A DNA stretch of 64,000 nucleotides from Rhina ancylostomus. Lineage: Eukaryota. Position numbers and translations under genes: made by a program. Below the pieces are notes generated by a model, which ran no database searches, was not told the DNA's origin, and saw nothing but the letters and a program-made list of their open reading frames with translations. Below are positions 51,090 through 63,680 of the stretch, one piece after another (position 1 is the stretch's first letter; every line of letters starts with the position of its first letter). The DNA is taken from NCBI GenBank assembly GCA_030265395.1, contig JARFYF010000051.1:23573326-23637325 (forward strand), read 5' to 3'.

Positions 51090-51885
51090 AACCTAGGGAC
51101 TGCCTGCATTCAGCAGATCAGACAGAACTTGAGGAGAAAGAAACAGAATTAAGTCTTCTGGTCAAGAACCTTTTTCCAAAAATAAAGGATTCATATTTTC
51201 AAAGGCAGAGATAAGAGGAAGTGATGGAGAGAACAAGTAGGAAGTTCTGTGATGGAGAAGATTACTAAAGAGATTAAATGACAAAAAGGATGTTGGTGTA
51301 AAAGATGGTTAGAAAGAAGGAAACAAAAGATTAGTCTGGAAGTTCTGCAACTTTGAAATAAAATTAGAAAATACTGAAGTGTTGATATTTGAAATTATTG
51401 AATTCAATGTTGAATCCAAGTGACTGTTACATTCTCTGCCAGAAAAAAAGAGGTTTCATTCATCAAACATACTTATGATTCACATTGGAACAGGCTAGGA
51501 TACAGAGCGAGAATGGGAGTGAGATGGTGAATTAAAGCGATAGGCAGCTGAAAGCTTGGGGTCATGCTTGTGGGATCCAAATTGTCACCTCACCTGCTAC
51601 TGATCTCCCCAGTGCAAAATTGCAAATCTCAATAAAGGTCATCATGAAACTGCAGGAAAGAGGATATTGGTAGTGATAGGGGTGTAAACCAGTTTGTCCA
51701 GAGGGAATGGTCCCTTCAAAAAAGAAAAGAATAAGAAAGATATATTTGATGTTGGCACCACATTGCAAGTTTTGGAAATGGGCACAGTTGATCCCTTGAA
51801 CGGGAGGAGACAACCGATGGAAAGGGAGGACAAGCTGGAACCTATAATACTTCAGGAAGGAAGGAGAAGGAGAGAGAGCAGAAGT
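51090..51885 (-). mobile_element. Penelope 3' part
   Basis: GAAATTATTGAATTCAATGTTGAATCC (FNIEFNNF); CCACATTGCAAG..ATGGTCCC linker; collinear with 41640-42480. Confidence 0.8.
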
Positions 51886-52484
51886 GCTCTATTTACTTTT
51901 CATTTTCCTGATGTCTCAGATGCAATGTTTCTATTAGGTCAGTTTTAATTCCTCCTGCTTTATCAGGCAATCCTATCCAAAATTCCAGCATTTACATCCA
52001 AAAGAAAAACTAATGTAACTGTAATTCTAATGGTTTTCCTCACTTGAAATGCCATTACCTTAACTATTCAATGAATGATATCCAGGACATCTTCATCTCT
52101 TCCAAAGCACTGATACTATTGCCATTTGAAGTATAACACATGTCACATTAACATGGAATAGACTTCAGAGTCAGAGGACAAGATAATTAATGCATCAATT
52201 GAAGACGAATTTCTAGCCAATAGTGTCTAGCACATAGCAATGTTTTTCCTTTCATAGTTACAGCCCTTCCCAATATGACAGAGAGGGACAATTGCATTAA
52301 AGACATGTATGAGCATCACAGCAAATTAGCTCCTATTGTTTGGGTGTCATGGATTCATGTCATGTAACTTTAAAAAAAGAGGTATGAACAAAAGTAATTT
52401 CTTAAATGAAGAGACTATCCTACGCATACTGAGAATGAGGCCTTGAATGACCTTCACTCACACAGAAATGCAGATGTAAAAGAA

Positions 52485-52527
52485 TTCTGAAACTAGATTT
52501 TTATTGCATAAAAATCTAGTTTCAGAA
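52485..52527. repeat. Perfect inverted repeat, 20-bp arms with 3-nt loop
   Basis: TTCTGAAACTAGATTTTTAT-TGC-ATAAAAATCTAGTTTCAGAA. Confidence 0.95.
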
Positions 52528-54565
52528 GAATTCTTAAACAAGACCCTTCATCAGATATACTGAATAGAAAGGGAGTATTTAATTCACCATTTCTAAAAAA
52601 CTGTTTTTCTAACAAATACAATGTCATTTACATTAATAACTATGAGACAAAAATATAAAATTTGTCTTGAACAGTAGTAAATCTGCAGCCCATTTTATAC
52701 TCCATTTGATTTTTCTTTCAATTGCCTTCAAGGTGAATTTATGTCCAAGATTATCTCTATTGTTCCAAATTAATTTATTCTGCCTTGACTGACTCAGGAG
52801 TTTTATGTATTAAGAGCTAATTTATTACTTAATTGACACCAAGCAGATCAATGCATTTGACTTTAATTATTGTAAGAATGATAACAGCTAATCTAAAACA
52901 ATACATTTTAAAGCAAATTAAAACTGTTCTTTGACTGAAGTGTACAAGGAGTCTGGAAGTAGGTCTTTGAAATTATGAATAACACTACAATCAGAAAAGG
53001 GATTGTGAAAGATGGCAGAGATTTATGAATTGATATCAGCAATGAATAGAAGGATTGGGAATAAAAATTTTACTTTTTAAAACTGCAACCTAACAAGCTT
53101 AAAATTTCAGCAGATGAACACTAACATATACATATGGATCTCCTTGTATGCCATATTTAATTAACCCTTTGAAGGAAAGTGATCCATTCAAGGTAAGGTA
53201 AAATTAATTGGTGCCCTTGAGANNNNNNNNNNNNNNNNNNNNNNNNNNNNNNNNNNNNNNNNNNNNNNNNNNNNNNNNNNNNNNNNNNNNNNNNNNNNNN
53301 NNNNNNNNNNNNNNNNNNNNNNTGGTGCCCTTGAGAAACATCAGAGAGGTATAAGGATATTGAAAAGGCTTAGAAAATGCAATGTTTGAAGGAGATTATA
53401 AAGTAGGTCCCAAGTTCAAATCTTGATCTTGTCTGAGGAGCTGAATTTCAACCAATGTAGACTGGACAACATATATCTGGCCTTCTTAGACAGGATTAGA
53501 GAGGAGAAAAATGGCCTGAGGGTTTTATGTTCTTGTACAATAGAATGCTCCCTGTCAGAAATTTCACATGTGTTGATGTCAAGTAAGGAGAGAATCAAAC
53601 TTATTATGAAGCTCACCTTAAGTGGTATGGCTCTACAGACATTCAAGTGAAGAAACAGCATTTAGGAGGACAAGCACAGAGCAATAGACTAAAATGGAAC
53701 TACTCCCCAGAAGGAGTAATAGCTATCAGGGTGAGAAGAGAAAGGAAAATGGGGAGAAATCTGAAAACAAAGGAAATTAGGATATTTTATTCCAATATAG
53801 AAGCACACAAAGTTAGCAGTCAGTGTAATTCTTCTTCCTTGTTACTTCCACTATTGAATTTTTGTTACATCGAGGTTTTGGTTGGACACATGATAAATAC
53901 ATATGTTCACCTTATTCTTCATTCAGCAGTTACCAATCACCATGATATAAATTCATTACAGTAAATCATAGACCTTTAGTTTACATATCCTTGCTTCAGA
54001 AAGTGCCCAATGGGTTATAAATGCTTTGTGAAACTCTGAAAAGGAGTAAAAAAAGCTGCTGTGTAAATGCAAGTCCTTCCAGATGATCATTTGCTATGGC
54101 CTTGGATATATTCCCCACTTCATTTGATCTTCCTAGCAGACTCACTACATGTGAATAATACTTGGGTTGAACTTGTGCTGTCAACTTACATCCACTGATT
54201 TGTCTGACTTAAACCAAATACCACACCAAATTCTCATAAATTTAGCAGCAAGGGGATTCCTTAATCCATAAATGTAAGCTGAACTGAACCCCAATTGAAA
54301 GTAGAGCATTCAAATCCGCTATGCCATTTCACTTTATGTTCAGCATTTGAGACAGATGGTAGCATTTCTCATCTTCACCAAAAGAATCAATAGAAAATTG
54401 ATACATTAGAATAGACTATTACTACTTTCTCTGTGAGTAATTACCACATAATTATTTAGCAAAAAATATAATGAAGAAACCAATTGAATTCAAAAGTCAT
54501 TTGCTAACCTGCTGCAATCAGCCATAATTCAACAGAATAAAAAAGCAAATAAGTGACGCACTTAC

Positions 54566-54756
54566 TGCCTCAGCAGCTAATAATAGCTGCATTTTGACAG
54601 AACTATCACCTTCAGCATTCGGAAGGAAGGCAGCTAATGCATCACTGATACAGGCATGCACTTCACCCGTACAAAGAACCCCTCCAACTGTGACGATACA
54701 CTTCTGCAATTTCTCATCTGCACAGTTCTTTGTCACGCTGTTCCTACCAGGTGCTA
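54566..54756 (-). CDS. Candidate internal coding exon (191 nt), unidentified protein
   Basis: Donor GCA|gtaagt; acceptor ttcttcttggtaaag (NAGNAG); 63 open codons APGRNSVTKNCADEKLQKCIVTVGGVLCTGEVHACISDALAAFLPNAEGDSSVKMQLLLAAEA; higher GC and CpG than the flanks; not recognised as a repeat. Confidence 0.5.
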
Positions 54757-55102
54757 CTTTACCAAGAAGAATTACATTGTGCAACTTCATAATTGTCAGT
54801 TGTGACCAGTGACATTGATGTTATTTACTCCAGCAGCGTTAGTTGGGATACTACAGGAGCCATGGTTTAGCAAAACTTCTAGCAAAACAAAGTTTAATAA
54901 ACAAGGAAATATTTGTAAAATGCTGACTTAAAAGAACAGTAGTTTGGAGTGTTATGATCATTGTGTTACCCCATATTAAATATCCATTTAAACTTTTATT
55001 CACATTACAGCTTTAATAGTTCATACTGTTCTGAGGAATTTCACTGGAAAGTGAACAAACAAAATTTGAGATCAAACCAGAAGGAGATATTAGGACAAAT
55101 GT

Positions 55103-55375
55103 AGGTTGCACAGCTGATAGAGCCACTGTCTCACACCTTCAATGACCCATGTTCAATCCTAGCAATGAGATGCTGAATGTGTGAAGTTTGCACATTCCCC
55201 CTGAAGCAGAAAGGTGGGTTAATAGGCCATTGCAAGTTGCTCCAAGTGTATAGATGAGCAATAGAATCTGGGGGGAGTTACTGGAAATGTGGGGAGAATA
55301 ACGTGGGATTAGTGAAAATGAGCACATGGTCAGCACAAACACAGTAGGTCAAAGGGTCAGTTTCTATGCACTATT
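55103..55375 (+). mobile_element. HE1/V-SINE with internal deletion, inside an L2-like fragment (about 55065-55420)
   Basis: ATGTTCAATCC B-box and GTGTGAAGTTTGCACATTC; flanks AAGGAGATATTAGGACA and AAGTTTGAGCCAAAAGG. Confidence 0.8.
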
Positions 55376-55439
55376 AATGCAAGTTTGAGCCAAAAGGTTG
55401 GTGCAGAGGAGAGGTTTCACAATCTTTTGAGCTTTAAGA

Positions 55440-55525
55440 TAGATAATCAATCATAATTTTAACAAATGGTGTGGCAGGCTGAAGGGGTAAATGGCCTACT
55501 CCTGCTCCTATATCTTATGTCCTTA
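55440..55525 (+). mobile_element. CR1 3' tail
   Basis: CAGGCTGAAGGGGTAAATGGCCTACTCCTGCTCCTATATCTTATGTCCTTA. Confidence 0.75.
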
Positions 55526-56132
55526 TAGTACACTGTTTACATGTAAACCATTTGCAATTTCAAGTCTTGCAATCATAAATTTCTGAAATCTTTGGGCTGT
55601 GATACAAGTTAGTCAAACTACCCAGTTATGGGGTTATCCTGGACTTCAGGAAAGCCATCTGGATCTTTCCGTGTAATGGTCACTTCAGGCAAGGGTTCAG
55701 CTGCTCCTTCCCTGGCTACTTCCTTCTTTCTCCAAAAACTTTGTTCTCAAAAATCTAATACCACAAGGCTTGAAAATTCAAGCTCCCCAAAGTATATCTT
55801 CAGCTCACAGCCTGCATAACACTTCACAGTCTCCAAAGACTCAGAAGAAATCTTTAGTGGATAAATCCAAATTTATTCTCTCTTGATGTACACAGTCACC
55901 CAATTACTGGAAGCAAAACCACAGATAAGCTGATCAATTAAGTAATTAACCTGTTACTGACAAAAAACAGCCCACAGCTAAGATCCCTCATTTATTTCAA
56001 ATTGGTTCTAGCATTGAACAGTTAAATTAAGCAAATTAAAGAAGAATTACCATAAATTAACAAATCTTCTTTGATGCTTCTTGCACTTGAAAGTCAGAGA
56101 GAATTTTAAGAAAGTTTTACATATATATAGCA

Positions 56133-56245
56133 GAATCTGGTTTATTATCACTGTCTTATATGATGTGAAATATGTTGTTTTGCAGCAACAGTAGTGCAAA
56201 GACATAAAATTACTATAAACTAGAAAATAAATAAATAGTGCAAGA
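56133..56245 (-). mobile_element. Rex1/Babar 3' tail
   Basis: Reverse complement of the tail at 30100-30220. Confidence 0.75.
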
Positions 56246-56274
56246 CAAGGGGGATAAAGCACTGCAGGAGAAAA

Positions 56275-56370
56275 ATACACCAATGTCACCTTTCTTGACC
56301 CTGAGGAATTTCAAAAGTTTTAAAGCCAATGAAGTACTCTTTGAAATATAGGCATTGTTGTAATTGGTAG
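56275..56370 (-). mobile_element. DeuSINE 3' fragment
   Basis: TTTAAAGCCAATGAAGTACTCTTTGAAATATAGGCATTGTTGTAAT. Confidence 0.65.
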
Positions 56371-56507
56371 TCAATATTTTCAGTGTAACCCCCCCACTAC
56401 ATCAAAGTGTTAATGTGTTTAAAAATAAACCTTTACAGTGTTGCAAAGCAGCACAAGTTTTCATCAGCACTCAATCACCAAAGTTGAAATACTTGATCCT
56501 GTATTTA

Positions 56508-58668
56508 GTGCAGCAGTTAAATTACTGGACTTGTAAATTCAAATGTCTGGACTTAACAAACCAAGGCCTGAGTTTAAAGCAGCTGTGGAACATAAACAGT
56601 TAATAACCTGGCATGTGTGAAAAAAAACCAAGTCATCAGTTACTGATGATTGCTAAAATAATCAGATTGTCCTTAAAGCCCAAATGTTCTCTAAAGTGAG
56701 AAAATCTCTCATTCTTACACAGTCTGGCCTATTTGCGACTCCAGAACTGCTGTAATGTGGTTCACTCTGAAATGGCCCAGAAAACCACCAAGTAGTACCA
56801 AAACCACTAGAAGATTTAAACAGACAAGTTAGGCAATGAATTATAAAATAATTCTCCCAGTTTTGTCAATCTTGAATGTTCCTTTTCATGAGTGCTGGGG
56901 GAGCAGATAACAAATTGTGAGTACAACCTCACAGCATAGTCAAGCTCCCGCTTTCAGAATAGCTTAACACAATGTGCCAGACTCGTCCATAACACTGCCC
57001 AAATAAACAGTGTCTCACTAGCAGGACAAAGCCTACAAAGGGGACAACATAATAGTTTACAGGCAGGAAGGTGGCCAATGGGATCAGGTCAAACATGGTT
57101 AAGGGATCCTCCTCCTCATCACCACCTACCATCCTCCTTTAAGTAATGCATTGTGCTCCTCAACGCTGAGCAACACCTGGAAGAAGCACTGGAAGTAGAA
57201 AGGTCACAGATGTACTCTTGGTAGGGAACTCAATATCTATCACCAACACTGGCTCAATGATACTACTTGCTGACCAGTCTTGAAGGACGTAGCTGCTAGA
57301 TCGGGTCTAGCAATCTGACTGGTAGTGAATGAATCAACACAAGCGATAAACCTACCAGACCTTGTGTTCACCAATCATAGATGCATGTGTCCATGATGGT
57401 ATTGGTAGAAGTGAACACTGCACAGTCCTTGTGGAGGCAAAGTCCATTGTCACACTGTGGATACTCTCTGGTGTGGTATAGTACTGTAATCACACTGCTT
57501 AGATTCAGAATAGATGTACCAGCTGAAAAATGGACATCAATGTTGTGTCTTGGAACATCAGGAATGTACAACACAATCTGTAAATCCATGGCTCCACTCA
57601 ATCCTGGTTTAGTTGGAAGTGTAGAATATCATGACAGAAGCAGCTCAGGGGTGCACCGAGAAACAAAGCTGCCAGACAGATGTATGTGCATGTTAAGCAG
57701 CAAAAGTGGCATGTGGTTGACAGCACTAAGCAATTTTACATCTCGTAGACTAGATCACATCTGCACTCCTGAAAAATTCAGTCCTGAAAAGTGGTGGAAA
57801 ATTATATGGTTAATAGAAGAAAGAAACTCCTAGAACATCCCCATCTTCAACGAAGGCAAATCCTGCCTGTGAGTTCTGGGGATAAGCCTGAAGCATTTGC
57901 AACCATGCTCAGAAGAGTCAAGTGTTTGATCCAGTTCCACTTCTTCCTGAGAGCTCCACCATCAAGGAAGCTAATGCTCAGTCAATTCAATTGACTCCAT
58001 GTGATTACTGAGAACACTGGGTATAACAAAGGCATTGGGACCAGACAACATTGCAGCTGTAGTACTGAAGACTGTACTCCAGCACCATGCCTCTAGCCAA
58101 GCTGTTCTAGGACACTAACAACTCCCAACACCGAAGTCCAACCAATTTCCTGCAAAGAGATGGAAGGTGTCATTGACGGTGTTATCAAGCAGTGCTTGTT
58201 CACCAATAAACTACTCAATGATGCCCATTCATGAAGATCTCTTGGATCCAGACCTCATCATAGCTTTGGTCCAAACATGGATGAAAGAGCTGAATTCTAG
58301 AGGCAGGGTGAGAGTAACATAAAGGCAGAATTGACCAAGTGTGGCATCTAAGAGCCATGGTAAAACTGAAGTCGATCAAAGGAAAGTAGTCTAATAGCTA
58401 GAGTCATATCTCGTACAAAAAAAAGTGGTTGTACTTTTTAGAAGTTGATCATGCCAATCCTAGGACATCGCTTCATGAGTTCCTCAAGGCTGAATCCTTG
58501 ACCCGAACATAGTCAGCTGCTTCATTAATGACCTTCCTTCCATCTTAAGACCAAATATTGAGAAATTTACTGAAGATTGCTCAACGTTCAAATCCATTTG
58601 CACTTCCTCAGCAACTGAACCGGTCCTCTCTTGCATGCAACAAGACCTAGACAACACTCAGGAATAGG
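56508..58668 (+). mobile_element. tRNA-headed CR1/Jockey-group LINE (family B): 5' end, endonuclease and RT, 3'-truncated and decayed
   Basis: Head TGGACTTGTAAATTCA; UTR AAATCT..CTTACACAGTCTGGCCTA..GACTCCAGA; motifs LITTYHPP, KWWK, KALGPDNIAAVVLKT, PDLIIALVQTWMKELNSRG, VPQG, SCFINDLPS, KFTEDC, MQQDLDN. Confidence 0.85.
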
Positions 58669-59299
58669 TAGGTTCAGGTAGCTTCACGAACAGTTAGCAA
58701 ACTACGGATGGGAGGATGTACTTTCACATGAGGGCTGGAAGCCAATTCATGCACAGACCTGAGTTTATAATGTCAGATTGAAATACAATTGATATATTAA
58801 CAAAATAAGTATGTCCTTCCAATATCACGGCATTTAAACTGGTTGTGAAATATACATTATATATATCTATATATAAATTTATCACTCCCCCAAATGAGAT
58901 CTTCCAGCCCATGTTTGCTTGCAGTAGTTGCAAAATCCTGTCCTTGTGGAATACAATCCATATTCTGTATTAGCATAACAATGGGGAATTGGATCTCCAG
59001 CAGAGCAGTTAAAACTGAGTCCATTATGTGCACATTTTCCATTGATACCATTGGTTTTTGGGTGGTGGATGAGACATCCAACAGTCATATTGGAAGTAAA
59101 CAGGGTTCCAAAATTACCTTAACTCACTACTGGGTGGAGCACCTACTTGGTTAACTTTGGCAGGGTAAAGCTGCCTAGTGTTGATTGAGGAGGACTCCTG
59201 TTGGTAAATGGAAGCTTGTCTTTCAGGGGTTAGGAGCAGCAGGAATGTTCTTCCAAGCCACATGTTAAGTGCCAGATCTCTGCTGCTTTAGGCCTTTGG

Positions 59300-59411
59300 G
59301 ACATGTGGGAGGAAGGGGTGAGATAGTCTTAGGCGAGGTTTAAAGATCAGCACAGCATTGTGGGCTGAAGGGCCTGTATTGTGCCGTACTGTTCTATGTT
59401 CCATGTTCTAC
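59300..59411 (+). mobile_element. CR1 3' tail
   Basis: GTGGGCTGAAGGGCCTGTATTGTGCCGTACTGTTCTATGTTCCATGTTCTA. Confidence 0.8.
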
Positions 59412-60076
59412 ACCATCTCTTCGTTACACCACAATCCAACTAGAGGTCTTTCAAAATATTAACCCCAGCCACCCCCCTGACTTAGCTTTCTTTTCTCTGG
59501 CTTTTCTCTTGCTGCTAGCAGACAACTACAGGGCTCCCTGATCTTCACGGCCCACACGCTGGACAGCTGCCACTGTTTCCCAACATTAATAAGTAAACAT
59601 CTACTAGCCCAGATGTATACTTCTGGGAGGGAATGATGTTTGCTCCTGCCAGCTTCCTGGTGTGAGATAAAATCATCCATTAAGTATGATCTGTTGACAC
59701 TATTACAGGATGTGAAGTTTGATTCTCATCAGGGGGGAAACAATTCTAGACCTCACCTGCAAGCTGATTTGCTAGAAAGCTTTGTGGTGAAAATATATTA
59801 AATATTAAAAGGAGAATATCTCCAGAATAAATAATTTATGCTAGGCAATGAAGTCAATGAGTAACCTATCTAAAAATGTTTTCCATACATTCTAATCTAT
59901 AGCTCTAATTTTTCTCATGACTTTATCTCTTGAAGTAGGGAACTCACATTGGGGTGGGGATGGGAAGGGGAAAGGTCCATTGGGTGTCTACAGCCTGCCA
60001 GTATCTTGCGAACGTAACTGCTTTCAATGTTTGAGCCGGAGAGCAAACGGCTCNNNNNNNNNNNNNNNNNNNNNNN

Positions 60077-60175
60077 AAATAAACTGCTGCAAGAACTCAG
60101 CAGGTCAAACAGCATCTGTGGAGGCAAAAGGAGTGCGTTGACATTTTAGGTTGAGACACTGCATCAACACTGGAA
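60077..60175 (-). mobile_element. Penelope terminal fragment
   Basis: GAACTCAGCAGGTCAAACAGCATCTGTGGAGGCAAAAGG. Confidence 0.8.
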
Positions 60176-60339
60176 ATCCTTCTGACTGGAAAACGGTAGA
60201 AGTCACTCTGTTATTGTGCAAAGGTGAGGAAAAGAAACAGAACCCAGTTAGTCTCATGCGCATGTTCAGGTAATTACTGGAACTGAAAGGCAAATGTAAG
60301 GTGGCAAATATAGTGAAGCTTTTCAACTGATCACAGGAA

Positions 60340-60800
60340 AATGGCATGGATTGTGAAGGATGGTTCCGATATAATGATGACTGCATTTGAAAGCTTGACT
60401 TATGTAATGGATGTGGGAATGTCTATGGATGCTATTTATATGGACTTCCAGAAGGCATTTGATGAAATCTCTCATAAGAATCAAAGCTATAGCTGTAGAT
60501 CACAGATGAAGACAGATAATTGTTCTGGTAGCAAGCCAGCTAAGGATCAGGTAACAGAATTTATGATTATATTCAGGTTCCCTATCAGCCACCATGTGAC
60601 AAGTGGTGTCTGCTGGAATCTGTAAAGGAACCTTCAACTCTTCAGCACACTTATTAATTGCTTAGATATTGGGATAAACATCCATTTATCCAAATTTGCC
60701 AATGACTCAAAGGTATGGGTAGAGTATAAACCCCAAACTGTAACCACACTGCAAGAAAGGATTTCAATCAATTGTGTAAAACGAGTCATGTAGTAATTAG
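60340..60800 (+). mobile_element. CR1 RT fragment
   Basis: DAIYMDFQKAFDEISH; HVTSGV; SKFANDSK. Confidence 0.85.
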
Positions 60801-60859
60801 GGAAGACTTCTACCTTCATGTAGAATGGATTAATTAAATTGGAAAGGACAGTTATGAAA

Positions 60860-62568
60860 ACAAATTCACAGAATGCACTCAATATAATTTTCTAAAGCAA
60901 TACATTATCGAGCCAACTTGGGAAGAGGCTTTCTTGGATCTGGAAATGGGTAATAAGACAGATTGAAGATGAAAGAGAAAACATAAGGAAGCAAAAATTA
61001 GCAGTAGACCCAAAGATGGATTTATTCAGAATCCAGCAAAGGAGAACAAAACAATAATGAAGGGAGAGAAAGTAAACTATGAGAGCAAACCAGTGAGAAA
61101 AATTAAAAATTTAAATTTAAAAAGCAGACAGTAAGACCTTCTTTGGGCATATAAAGAAGAAGAGAAAAATCCAAGTGACCATTGACCTCCAGAGAATGAA
61201 GCTGGAAAAATAGTTTTGAGGAACAAGGAAATGGCAAAGAAGTTAAACAAATATTTTGCATCAGTCTTCACAGTAGATGACTTGACCAACATCTCATTAA
61301 TATAGGGGAAGAACTAAATACCATCACCATCACTAGAGAGCTGGTAATAGGTAAGCTAATGGGATAAAGACTGATGATTCCTTTGACCGAGAAGGTTTGC
61401 GTCCAAGAATCTTAAAGGAAATGGCTACTGATTGGAAGCATTATATATAATCTCACCAAACAGTCAGCATTGCTTCAGGAATGGAAAATAATTTTTTTTT
61501 AAATCTATTAGAGTTTTTTGAGGAAGTCTCAATCAGACTGTACATGTATTCCAGTATATGTATAGTATTTGGAATTCCACAAGGTACCTTACATGAGGTT
61601 AAGCCATATCCATGGTTAGGAATTACCAGCATGGATAAAGGATTAGCCAACAGGCAGTGGGGTGTCAGTGTTATGACTATAATTGTTTACAATATATATT
61701 AATGAATTGAGGAAGGGAGTGAATATAAAGAGCCAGGTTTTTGGATGACACAAAAATAGATTGGATAACAAGTTGAGAGGACGATTCAAACAATTTACAG
61801 AGATATTGATTGGTTCAATGAGTGGGCAAAATATTAATGGATGAAGTATAATGTGGGAAAATGAGAAGTTATTCATTTTGGAAGAAAAGGACAAAAGTAC
61901 AGAACATCATTTAAATAGAGAAAAATTGCAGAAAGCTGCAACACAAAGGGGTTTGTGTTCAAAACACAGAAGATGCAGCAGGCAATTGGGAAGGCTAATG
62001 GAATGTTAGCCCTTATTTCAAGGCAATTTGAGTATCAATGAGGGGAAGAGCAATTATATGAGACACTGGTAAGACCACATCTGGAGAGCTGTAAACAATT
62101 TTCATACCCCTTTTTAAAGGAAGTTATTATTTCATTGGAAGTGGTTCAGAGAAGGCTCACTGGGATGATTCCAGGTATGGAGGGACTGTCCTTCAAGGCA
62201 AAATTAAACAGGCTGGAAAAACTAAAGGGGATGAACAGGGTAAATTCTGAGAGGATGGGAGAGTCCAGAACCAGCGTGTGTAAGAGGGCAGTCATTTAAG
62301 GCTGAGATTAGGAAGAATTTCTTCTCTCAGAGAGTTGTGAGTCTTTGATACTCTTTGCCATTGGGGGCTTGACTATATATAGCAAAGCCCTCAGGTATAT
62401 CCAAGTCTGAGATAGATTGCTATTCAGGAAGGGGATTGGAGGTTATGGGGACAAGGCAGGAAAGTGAACTGAGGAATGTGGGATCAGTCATGATCCCATT
62501 GAATGGCCAAACAGGCTTGAGGGGCTGAATGGCCCACTCCTGTTCCTACTTCTTATGGTTTTGTATCT
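60860..62568 (+). mobile_element. CR1 with multiple internal deletions
   Basis: EMAKKLNKYFASVFT; NLLEFFEEV; FLDDTK; LVRPHLE; tail GGGCTGAATGGCCCACTCCTGTTCCTACTTCTTATG. Confidence 0.9.
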
Positions 62569-62761
62569 TATAACTTTATAGTGAAGAAGTTCATTTCAGG
62601 GAAACATTCCATCAGACTTCACACAGGTTTCTGACAAGTCCCTCATGTTGAAGTAATCATTCATTATCACTTCAGGAATGACAACAGGCTTGTTCACAAG
62701 CGAACAAATATTTTGGAGGGAGAGTAGAGAGAGACAGTTCAACTGCTTCATCACCAAACTC

Positions 62762-63165
62762 CATAGAACATAGAACGGTATAGGACAGGAATAGGGCCAG
62801 CAGCCCATGGTGTCCGTGTTGACCACAATCCCAAATTAAACAAATCTCATCTGCCTATACATGGTCTGTATCCCTCCATTTCCTGCCTGTCTAAATGCCT
62901 CTTAAACATTGCTATTCTATCTGCTATTACCACCTCCCCTGGCAGTGTGTTCCAGGCACCTCCCACTCTGTGCATAATAAAATGCAACGTAAATCTCCCT
63001 TAAACTTTCCCCCTCTCAGTTTAAAGCCATGCCCACTGGTATCTGGCATTTCCATCCTGGGAAAAAGATTCTGTCTACCTAACTATGTGTCAAATAATTT
63101 TATAAACTTCCATCAGGTCACCTCTCAGCCTCCGATGCTCCAAAGAAAACAACTCAGGTTTGCAA
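62762..63165 (-). mobile_element. CR1 3' end
   Basis: CATAGAACATAGAAC tail; closely similar to 37862-38260. Confidence 0.92.
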
Positions 63166-63199
63166 CATTATTGAGAGATCAGTGATTAAGAAAGAAGTA

Positions 63200-63680
63200 G
63201 GACAGATTCTCTTCTTGCTCTCCTTTGAGCAATCTTTCAGAGCACAGGATGACTTATGCTTTCTGAGGTGGCTGTTGAAGAGGATCCACAGACTCTGCAC
63301 AGGTGGGACAGGAGGTCCTCGACAGGATGGGCAGGGCAGGACGTGCTTGATGGGGTAGATGGATGTGTAAATTCGAAGGTAGGACACTTCTTTCATTAAA
63401 TTAGCAGGTGATCCGTTCAACAATCATGATGCACGTGATGCATCCTTATAGTCTCTTGCTTGGATGATCTACTCAGTGCTCAGATTGGAGGTGTTGTCAT
63501 GAGATCTTCTGCTCGTCTTGCTAATGAAATGGTAGCTTTCCCTCCCTTCTCCATGCCATTACATCTCATCAATGGATAATGCTTTTCAGCCCTGGCATTA
63601 AAGCCACCCAGGAAGATACTTCTCTCCCTCTGGGAACTGGGCAATTTTTTCTCCAAGGGCAGAGCAACAGCATGGAAAGA
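63200..63680 (-). mobile_element. RTE-clade LINE relic (endonuclease piece close to the 3' end)
   Basis: Minus strand IFLGGFNAR (LGDFNAR motif) near 63590-63620; GGATCCACAGACTCTGCACAGGTGGGA encodes CPTCAESVD, similar to an RTE C-terminal zinc motif. Confidence 0.6.

Noticed and set aside
55620-55760. Minus-strand charged peptide EVAREGAAEPLPEVTITRKDPDGFPEVQDNPIT as an exon upstream of 54756
   Set aside because: No good acceptor, weak donor and phase mismatch with the next candidate exon
57381-57833. 150-aa ORF as a host gene
   Set aside because: Lies inside the decayed family B LINE and drifts between frames
58857-59154. Three overlapping open frames
   Set aside because: No recognisable homology or convincing splice sites; short ORFs of this size arise by chance
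59712-59740. CTGATGA on the minus strand as a hammerhead
   Set aside because: No GAAA partner or stem II, and not in Penelope context
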